From NCBI GenBank assembly GCA_964527765.1, contig CAZGQR010000007.1, forward strand, positions 38,100-100,295: a DNA stretch of 62,196 nt. The letters are read 5' to 3'. The notes beneath the pieces were generated by a model. It was not told where the DNA came from. It searched no databases and worked only from the letters and a program-made list of their open reading frames with translations. Position numbers and translations under genes: made by a program. Positions 56,201 to 62,196 of this stretch are shown here, piece after piece (the stretch's first letter is position 1; the number at the start of each line of letters is the position of its first letter). This stretch comes from an uncultured Planctomycetia bacterium. GTDB taxonomy: Bacteria; Omnitrophota; Gorgyraeia; Tantalellales; Tantalellaceae.

Positions 56201-58721
56201 CGGAGTAGCCGGAAACGGCCTTGATTACGCGGTTTATGTCAGGCAGGCGGCCGTTACCGCGCTCAGAAAGATCGGCGGCCCGGATGCGGAAACAGATGTT
56301 GAGAGCGTCATTGAAGATCCGGATATAATGACAAGAGAGGTCAGGGTAGAGAAGTGGCATTCGCAGGACAGGATAAAGCATGCGATCATTGACGGTCTTA
56401 AATTCGTGGCAGGCGAACAGGCCCTGCCCGGAACCGTGAAAGATATAGAGAATAATATAGATTACGTTTTTGACAGGATCCCGGGGCTGGTCGACTTTTT
56501 AAAAAAATACCCCTTGAGGTTATTCCGGATGAGAGACAAGCGGAAGATAGACTCGATCGTGCTCGGTGAGTTCAGAAAGTACTGGTTCAGGATACTCGGG
56601 TACGTATGGTTCTACGGCATAAGCGGCGGGGGCATGTTCGAGGCCTACAGGGAAATAGTGCTTCGACACCAGGATTCGCCGATAGACATGGGCGTGGCTG
56701 TTGAGCTTTTCACCAACAGGCATATTCTGGCAAGCGTACTGTATCATGAATACATGCATTACAAGGGTGAATTGAGCGAAGGCAAAACCCTTTTCAGGCA
56801 GATAAACTTCCTGAGAGAAATAATCGCCGGGGAAGGCCTTTCCGATCCTGCCGGAATGGCGAAAATGGAAAAACAGATCGCGGAGTGTATTACTGCGTTG
56901 GGATTATTGCCTCTTGGCCTGTTTCTCATGTTCCCGCACGATGAAAACTACAGAAAAAACCTGAACAGTTTCATATTATCGGCTTACGGTCCCGACGATA
57001 TGACAGACGCGGACATGCGCAAAGAAGCGGAAAGGATCATACAAAACGTAAAAGATTTCATCAACAGGGCGAACAAGAAAATAGAGATACAGAAACTTAC
57101 TGAACCTAACCTGCAATTCTACAAGCCCCTGACAGAAGAGCAGGAAAGCCAGATCATGACCTTCGTGAGGCTTTCCAAGCAGGTGAAAAACGCTGTCAGC
57201 GAAGCGGACTTCCGAAATATCCAGATAAACGACGAAAAAGCACTGGAATTATGGGAGGAATATCTGAAAAAAGGCGGCGGGTCCGTTTTAAAGTCGGACC
57301 TGATAGGCGACTTTGACTCGATCGTAAGGTGGGGACTTTCATCCGGCGGTATTCTGGACGGTCCCAAAAACCTTTTACGCGGCGACGTGAACGAACTGAC
57401 CGAGACCCATCCCGCGCTTGAAAAAGCCGCGAATGACGGCAGGATGTTCGCCGTGAGAGAGGACCAGGTCAGCAGCCTGCGCGAATCGGACAACGAGGCT
57501 CTGGCGTTGATCGTTACAGGGAACCTTGTCAATCTCAAGCACCCCGAGGGAACAAGAAACAAGATCCTCGAAAAGCTCAAGGACCCGATCTTCAGAAGGA
57601 ACATACTGGAAGGCCTGCGCATGATGAAGGATGCCGCGGGCGACCGCCTGCCTCAAAAGATACCCACCCGTTTATGCATAATCGTCGAAAAAGAAGACCA
57701 GCCAGCTGTAATATTCCGGGACAAAGACAATAATCTCATCGCTCATACCGGCAAAGGCTACAAGACAAACAGCCCCTATCATTCCATCTATGTCGGCTAC
57801 AGCGTGGTGGAATATGCCGCCGGCTCGGACAGGGAAGAGGACTTCAAAAGGATCATCCGCCATGAAATAAAAGATCTCCTGATCGGTCGTCATGATAGCG
57901 AGGACGAAGAGCTGGGAAAAATAGAACAATTTTACGACGATCTTATCTATGAACGATTGAAACATCTGAAACCGGTAGCGGACGCTTTTTATTATCTGGG
58001 AAAAGCGGCAAAAGAAACGGGTCTCAACAATTACACAAGCCGGTTAGGCGGCACTTGCCAGAAATCCTTCAACCGTTCGAACCTTCGGTACTGCATCCCG
58101 ATGGAAGTGTTCAAGAACGCGCCCGACGCTACGCTCGCATTGAAAAGGCTTGACATGCTAAACAATAAAAGAAGGGGGCAGGAGAAGATCGAACTTGAGA
58201 TCATCCTGACCGGCGTTACTGAGCATGACGAGGAATCGCTCGGCCGTTTCAACAGAAATGATATCAAGTGCGTGCTCGGGCTGCCTGACAACCTGAAGAT
58301 ATCCTTTATAAGATCGGAAGAAATGAGGTCGGCGGCAGAACGGACATTCAAAGATCTGAACAACCCATCAGACAGGATAGAAGTGATAAAATCGTTAGCC
58401 CTGCAGGTGAAGCCGCTCGCGGAAAACGAATATATGGCGATTGCTGAGGTCACAGGGAATGCCGATAGCATTGATCTTATAAGAGGCAAAACAGAACCGC
58501 AACTGGCAGACAACCTTTCATTAAGGGTGCTGGTCCGGCCGGAACGCGGAAAAAGCGCATTTTCGCTCGCCGCCGTAATAAACGGCTGGCTGAAAGAGCT
58601 TCACCGGGGCCGGACTTCCACGTTCGATGTTATCCTGCCTGTCATGATCTCTCCGCGTGAGATGATAGACCTTCTCGCTGAAAAAACGGAAAAAGCCTGG
58701 CGAATCTTAGCCTCAGCATAG
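53277..58721 (+). CDS. giant protein 3 (1814 aa) with N-terminal signal-anchor, two internal TM segments, HEAT-like repeats and an HExxH motif
   Basis: GTG start after GAAGGGG. N-terminus KRLNFFKIISIFLVLSFPFNDAAFAIPE. HEAT-like AIRELAVETLARLND...DPAVRKKAKEV...DPNMREEVLAALEKLDDPEAVEAL. VLYHEYMHYKG (56745-56759). Tail ...AWRILASA. Confidence 0.85.
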   Translation: MKRTKRLNFFKIISIFLVLSFPFNDAAFAIPELSNMQSPSSPLQPWTFTDNFLVKREILSELYKRSRLIWIAKSKRYRDLLEQHNAGALLLPSGRYLMAQETMKDDLSLISAVTHEDYEILMQREQKSKPARYEKVMKEVLGNNQIRRAYFSLPGCEKASDNVIFNDLIAKGFELLFLVENSLVDPRTELSPEEKTFLKNIRPVLEARDKKGAYENFSPVFFDVTERLKTVKDAQEDADQRFYKSASSKRQTPDNEQDASDKRFKSILRALRKKGFYIAGAAVVGAFLALGNAAAEPTKTLKELPSNDEKLRLIFENAQEGKYSYATFFDELIKIDDFRVFRYLAGLMEKHEMPAIRELAVETLARLNDVRGLGPLLRAKLYDKDPAVRKKAKEVIKKYEYLDSLSALINVLIQEDDPNMREEVLAALEKLDDPEAVEALYRLKKFRSEGTGLSRMEAEKVRQNAEKTLKALEKLDVPRIKEALSLRTLPGEVKREWWETALLGAIALCSLLIFWKVFIGIYRYRRLKKHLRRAETIDQLIKTIKTYRGKGGVFTDSAIIAKAREITDGLAEKAKTLQDLSEIEKQLEALEKWFSSDHISTVKSGELQSRKWHLEQVKVTELRTGMIKRLQSAETIDEIIRIIEEDKGSKKSVLTAEGTSKSITPLLTTALGKIKDLEDLIKVEEKITRIKGYFSYASKSLFARDLFRKKEEEFLQKEKESFASKLRLAESNEKFELVLMEKLESVCGHIDKEQFFLRTAMDLAHTYDRLKSVCEFNHTRTGSNIIGAGEIIKKLESLGIKPSDKQLKAFFIELVWKGAETRVKILRQLAKKFDEERKADKKRKADRGLTEYGRWTDYLFGEDKVPRKSAEIAKQIKENLSGMDIPLLETTARKVSSMSTEEDAATLIEMFNAIHFANKMDVIFNQNRPYAKSYEESKDEKDLDFENYCAGLIESYGLISFKNEAGKKAMVDFLGGVAGNGLDYAVYVRQAAVTALRKIGGPDAETDVESVIEDPDIMTREVRVEKWHSQDRIKHAIIDGLKFVAGEQALPGTVKDIENNIDYVFDRIPGLVDFLKKYPLRLFRMRDKRKIDSIVLGEFRKYWFRILGYVWFYGISGGGMFEAYREIVLRHQDSPIDMGVAVELFTNRHILASVLYHEYMHYKGELSEGKTLFRQINFLREIIAGEGLSDPAGMAKMEKQIAECITALGLLPLGLFLMFPHDENYRKNLNSFILSAYGPDDMTDADMRKEAERIIQNVKDFINRANKKIEIQKLTEPNLQFYKPLTEEQESQIMTFVRLSKQVKNAVSEADFRNIQINDEKALELWEEYLKKGGGSVLKSDLIGDFDSIVRWGLSSGGILDGPKNLLRGDVNELTETHPALEKAANDGRMFAVREDQVSSLRESDNEALALIVTGNLVNLKHPEGTRNKILEKLKDPIFRRNILEGLRMMKDAAGDRLPQKIPTRLCIIVEKEDQPAVIFRDKDNNLIAHTGKGYKTNSPYHSIYVGYSVVEYAAGSDREEDFKRIIRHEIKDLLIGRHDSEDEELGKIEQFYDDLIYERLKHLKPVADAFYYLGKAAKETGLNNYTSRLGGTCQKSFNRSNLRYCIPMEVFKNAPDATLALKRLDMLNNKRRGQEKIELEIILTGVTEHDEESLGRFNRNDIKCVLGLPDNLKISFIRSEEMRSAAERTFKDLNNPSDRIEVIKSLALQVKPLAENEYMAIAEVTGNADSIDLIRGKTEPQLADNLSLRVLVRPERGKSAFSLAAVINGWLKELHRGRTSTFDVILPVMISPREMIDLLAEKTEKAWRILASA

Positions 58722-58838
58722 ATCCGGATGATCCCCGCAGTTTGAGAAATTATTTAAAGAAAGCTATGGAGCGGGGGAGGAGTGTGGGTGTAAAATAGGG
58801 GTAGGAATTTAATCTTAAAAACGGCATAAATTACCCTC

Positions 58839-59852
58839 ATGGAAAAAATACGCTACGAACTCGACCCCTACAACCGCCTTATCCTCAATAAGGCCGGCAG
58901 GAAAGGGCGCCTTACGAAGTTCCGGAAGGTCCTGGACGGCCGGTTCAGGATCGACAGGAATAACACGCTTTCCTACCATGTAAAGGCCCCTTTATCCGGG
59001 AAAAAGAACATTCCCCATCAGATCAGACTGAAGGGTGAATGGAAGCTTACCGATGACCATGACCTCCGCCTTACCCTGGATAAGGAGGGGAGGGAGACCC
59101 TGGGGGATAAGATCACGCTTAGGGGCGAGATGCTGGAGGCAGGCAGGAATTCGCTCCTCTTCGCCGTCAGCACGAAAACCAGGGAAAATACCCGCCTCAC
59201 ATACGTCCTGGAGCTCGGGGGCTCCTGGAAGGCGGATAAGAATAACCGCCTGACCTTCCACGTAAAGAAGGAAAAGGGCAGGCATGATATCCTCACCTTC
59301 AAGGGCGCCTGGGAGATCAACAAGGACCACCAGATCATATACAACTATGAAAAGGCCGCCCTCATCAGGAAAAAGAAAGAGCTCCATACATTGACATTCA
59401 AGGGACACTGGGATATCAGGGACAAGTGCCGCATATCGTATGTATTAAGCGGGAGGACTGATTCTGCCTTTGATTTTAAGACGAGTGCCGGCGTCTTCAG
59501 GGATAATTATATTAAATACGAATTAGGGATAGGGTTGACTGGCAGAAAAGAGCCGGTAAAGCGGGCCGTTACTCTATTCGGCAGGTGGAAGCTTAAAAAA
59601 GGCACAGGGCTCACCTTTGAAGTGGAATACGGGGCTAAGAAGGTACAGAAAATAGTCTTCGGGGCGGAAGCCAAACTCACGGATAAAGACACGATCCTCT
59701 TCAAGCTCAGAAACGATACAGGCGCCAGGGACATAGGCGCGAGTCTGGAGCTTTCTCATAGAATATTAAAAGGCGACGGCGAAGCTTTCGTGCGTCTCCT
59801 TAGATCAGGCAGGGAATCAGCTATATACGCAGGGGCTGCCTGGAGGTGGTAG
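58839..59852 (+). CDS. beta-repeat hypothetical protein ending in an aromatic OMP-like tail (...YAGAAWRW), no signal peptide
   Basis: 337 aa with repeated LxFxGxWxLxxxxxLxF-type units. Both of its ends are duplicated elsewhere in the window. Confidence 0.75.
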   Translation: MEKIRYELDPYNRLILNKAGRKGRLTKFRKVLDGRFRIDRNNTLSYHVKAPLSGKKNIPHQIRLKGEWKLTDDHDLRLTLDKEGRETLGDKITLRGEMLEAGRNSLLFAVSTKTRENTRLTYVLELGGSWKADKNNRLTFHVKKEKGRHDILTFKGAWEINKDHQIIYNYEKAALIRKKKELHTLTFKGHWDIRDKCRISYVLSGRTDSAFDFKTSAGVFRDNYIKYELGIGLTGRKEPVKRAVTLFGRWKLKKGTGLTFEVEYGAKKVQKIVFGAEAKLTDKDTILFKLRNDTGARDIGASLELSHRILKGDGEAFVRLLRSGRESAIYAGAAWRW

Positions 59853-59981
59853 GGTAACTTTAGGAGGCGGGGGAAATAAATTGGAAAAGTACTTTATCAA
59901 GTGTATAATAAAATAAAGAACGGGTTAGAGTCGATCTTGGGATTATCCCGATAAATTACCACAAAAAGGGGGAAATCTGAT

Positions 59982-61145
59982 ATGAAATACTTAAAGAATT
60001 TAATTATATTTTTATTAATATTGAATGTTGCAACAGCTGCAGAAAGCAAATCGAAATATGCTCCATTTTCAGATAAAGCATATATTAAAGAAAATATTAG
60101 CGAAATCGGGATACTTGTCTCCGGTTTAGACACTCGTACTTTGCAGTACTTACTGACACTATACGACAAGGCATATAAATTAAAAACTAAACTTTATCCC
60201 ACATTACAAGGCGTTTTTTTAGCTATTAGAGACGGGTCTTTTAGAGTTTTTGATGACGGGGTTTCACCTATTCCTAGTTCCAAATTGATTAGTGGTGGTG
60301 GGACTGTATATGCCGGAATAAACAGCGATATTGCAGATGTTATTTCACGCAGTTTAAATGATCGAGGCTATGAATGCACTTATCTAAACCCAAAGGAGTT
60401 CATGAAAGATTATTATAACAAAAATACACTATCTGAAATAATCGATATTGCAAAACAACATATGCCGGAATTGGATGCGATTATATTTGTATTTTATACT
60501 GCATATGATAGTATTTCCCAGGGCAATATGATCCACAAGGGTCTTTTTGTATGTGCAGATTGTGTAATGTTTAGTACAGGTGAAGATAAAAAACGATTAT
60601 ATATAGGACAAGTGACAGCGAGTCCGTATGGTCTTCCTGAAGATCAACAACAGATTTATACAGTTAAAGATGCCCTTGGTTTTAAATCTCAAAGAATGGG
60701 TTTTACTCCGAGCGATGTGTATAAACTATTTCTTTCGGATTTATCACGCGAATTTTCGGATTCTTTTGACAAAACAGAAAAACAAACAAAACAAGTGTTT
60801 GCCGCGAATGACAAAGCAAAAAAACAAGTGTTTGCCGCAGTTAAGAATAAAAAACTCGCTTCTGAATTAGAGAAGTTGGTCAAGTGTGCTGATGACAACA
60901 CCGATAATTTCGAAAGCCTGGATCTGGGCGTAAATACAAGAGGTGGGCAAGAGATCAGAGTAAAAATAAAATCATCTGTATTATTAGAATTACCCGAACT
61001 TATGAAAAAATTGGACATTAAAGAAGACTCTTATGCGATGGAACAAATACATAGAAGAGAGTATGTTAAATTTATTGTGGACGTTTCCAGTGGAAAGTAT
61101 TCTTTTGATTACTCTTTGAGAAGCAGCAGTTTCGGAAGGTTCTAG
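59982..61145 (+). CDS. secreted hypothetical protein on a markedly AT-rich cassette
   Basis: RBS AAAGGGGGAAA. Signal peptide MKYLKNLIIFLLILNVATAAES. Composition is visibly more AT-rich than its surroundings. Confidence 0.7.
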   Translation: MKYLKNLIIFLLILNVATAAESKSKYAPFSDKAYIKENISEIGILVSGLDTRTLQYLLTLYDKAYKLKTKLYPTLQGVFLAIRDGSFRVFDDGVSPIPSSKLISGGGTVYAGINSDIADVISRSLNDRGYECTYLNPKEFMKDYYNKNTLSEIIDIAKQHMPELDAIIFVFYTAYDSISQGNMIHKGLFVCADCVMFSTGEDKKRLYIGQVTASPYGLPEDQQQIYTVKDALGFKSQRMGFTPSDVYKLFLSDLSREFSDSFDKTEKQTKQVFAANDKAKKQVFAAVKNKKLASELEKLVKCADDNTDNFESLDLGVNTRGGQEIRVKIKSSVLLELPELMKKLDIKEDSYAMEQIHRREYVKFIVDVSSGKYSFDYSLRSSSFGRF

Positions 61146-61160
61146 CGCCAATTTCATCTC

Positions 61161-61232
61161 GAGGCCTTCGTGCGCCTCCTTAGATCGGGCAGGGAATCAG
61201 CTGTCTACGCGGGGGCTGCCTGGAGGTGGTAG
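61161..61232 (+). repeat. direct repeat of the last 72 bp of gene 58839..59852 (copy 2)
   Basis: Encodes EAFVRLLRSGRESAVYAGAAWRW-stop, versus 59781-59852. In frame with the TAG stop of 59982..61145. Confidence 0.85.
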
Positions 61233-61308
61233 GGCTACAGGGACTGTCCCCACCCAAACCATATGCATCCTGGGGGACTGTCCCTTAAGAGGGTAGAGTT
61301 TGTTTTAG

Positions 61309-61430
61309 GGTAACCATAAAAAGAGCTTATAGGTGGCTGTAAAGTTGGACGGCTCCGGGTCTAGCAGCTGATCCGTCCAAAAACAGCATTAGTGGGCTTG
61401 CTCAAGGGGGCTAGCGGGGTTTTTGGGGGG
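61309..61430. repeat. junction motif GGTAACCATAAAAAGAGC plus conserved hairpin module (copy G)
   Basis: TTGGACGG (61345-61352) pairs with CCGTCCAA (61373-61380). Confidence 0.8.
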
Positions 61431-61447
61431 GCATTTTGGTCACCAGC

Positions 61448-61954
61448 TTAATCATGGTGGAATCCTATCCTACGCTTCGGTTTCTCTGGTGGTGATTCCA
61501 TTAATTTTTTTATGGCTTTAAAAACGATTTGAAACTGGCCGTCATATTTCTTTTCCATGGCTTCGATTTTTCGTCTAAGGCTTTCATGCGTAAAACCTAT
61601 TCTTCTCAAGTTCACAAAAACTCGCATGATTTGAATATTCACCTCAACTGCTCTCTCACTGTTAAGGACACTTGAAAGCATAGCGATGCCCTGTTCAGTA
61701 AAAGCGTATGGCACGTATCTTCTGCCGCCCCAACTTGAGGTCGCAAATTGCGATTTCAAGTTCGTAACTTCTTTCCTGGTAAGGGGAAACATAAAATCTT
61801 CGGGAAATCGTTTTAAATTCCTTTTAACCTGTTCATTTAAGCGACTGGTAGGAACACCATAAAGTTCCGCCAGGTCTTTATCCAGCATCACATTTCTGCC
61901 CCTTACCTGGTAAATCTTATTTTTCACGTTATTTGCTGAAATAATTTCCTTCAC
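61448..61954 (-). CDS. ORF6N domain DNA-binding protein, copy 5
   Basis: GTG start after GGGAGGA. ...[35 protein letters not shown]...[34 protein letters not shown]...[11 protein letters not shown]. Confidence 0.85.
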   Translation of the reverse strand: MKEIISANNVKNKIYQVRGRNVMLDKDLAELYGVPTSRLNEQVKRNLKRFPEDFMFPLTRKEVTNLKSQFATSSWGGRRYVPYAFTEQGIAMLSSVLNSERAVEVNIQIMRVFVNLRRIGFTHESLRRKIEAMEKKYDGQFQIVFKAIKKLMESPPEKPKRRIGFHHD

Positions 61955-62078
61955 CTGGATCCTCCCTTAGATCTAAACACACATTGTATTCACTGCCTTT
62001 ACTTATACAGACACCGTTTTTCCAAAAATTCTTTCAAAATTTTTTCTATTTTCTTATAATATAGAAAGGGTAGGGGGC

Positions 62079-62136
62079 CCTCCTTAGATCGGGCGAGGAA
62101 TCGGCTGTCTATGCAGGGGCTGCCTGGAGGTGGTAG
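62079..62136 (+). repeat. direct repeat of the last 58 bp of gene 58839..59852 (copy 3)
   Basis: CCTCCTTAGATCGGGCGAGGAATCGGCTGTCTATGCAGGGGCTGCCTGGAGGTGGTAG. Confidence 0.8.
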
Positions 62137-62196
62137 AATGCTTGAACCGGTTTCATCGAACGAAGTTCTGGAAACCGGTTTAGAACATAATATTTA

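Noticed and set aside
62145-62180. Hairpin AACCGGTTTC...GAAACCGGTT at the window end, considered as a terminator
   Set aside because: It has a 16-nt loop and no following T-tract. The window ends before its context can be judged.
43405-62196. Interpretation of the ORF6N units and palindromes as an integron cassette array, a diversity-generating retroelement or an IS element
   Set aside because: No integron integrase, reverse transcriptase, template/variable repeat pair, transposase or terminal inverted repeats are visible in the window. The observations are reported as an unclassified modular repeat system instead.

Overview
This is a 62.2-kb bacterial window of unknown taxon. All calls come from reading the sequence and recalling family motifs; no searches were run. 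I saw no rRNA, tRNA or CRISPR array.

Positions 1-43.4 kb look like ordinary, densely packed chromosome dominated by envelope and stress functions:
- SYLF and TIGR04073-like secreted proteins.
- Two divergent paralogous DUF2029/GT-C membrane glycosyltransferases bracketed by GGGGACAGGTCY repeat arrays.
- A DUF3047, OlsB-like and OlsA-like acyltransferase operon.
- Ferritin-like, FNR-like, CPBP protease and radical SAM genes.
- An FlgT_N/LPP20, CsgG and FecR-LPP20 cluster.
- trkA (frameshifted in a G7 run) and trkH.
- A split DUF318-type permease with redox partners.
- An autoregulated ECF sigma/anti-sigma/Spy-like module with three GGAAC-N17/18-GTCTAA promoters.
- MscS, a response regulator, an aromatic amino-acid permease and a cold-shock gene.

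Embedded at 26.1-35.6 kb is a 3153-aa ORF built from several internal repeat arrays.

From about 43.4 kb to the end the sequence becomes a more AT-rich mosaic accessory region. It contains:
- Five copies (two intact in tandem, one 3'-truncated, one internally deleted, one intact) plus scraps of a minus-strand ORF6N (KilA-N-like DNA-binding) unit with conserved leader, junction motif GGTNACCATAAAAAGAGC and a roughly 110-nt hairpin module.
- Two more giant ORFs (1426 and 1814 aa), each divergently paired with an ORF6N unit.
- A T4 endonuclease V-like gene.
- A beta-repeat gene whose 5' 117 bp and 3' 58-72 bp are duplicated around inserted cassettes.

The most interesting signals:
1. A palindrome centred on CAA-N-TTG at the same codon position inside every ORF6N copy. 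Its arms differ between copies but stay complementary.
2. The three giant proteins share an N-terminal signal-anchor, a C-terminal tail ending in Ala-Ala, and (for giants 1 and 2) near-identical promoters.
3. Cassette-style duplications of gene ends.
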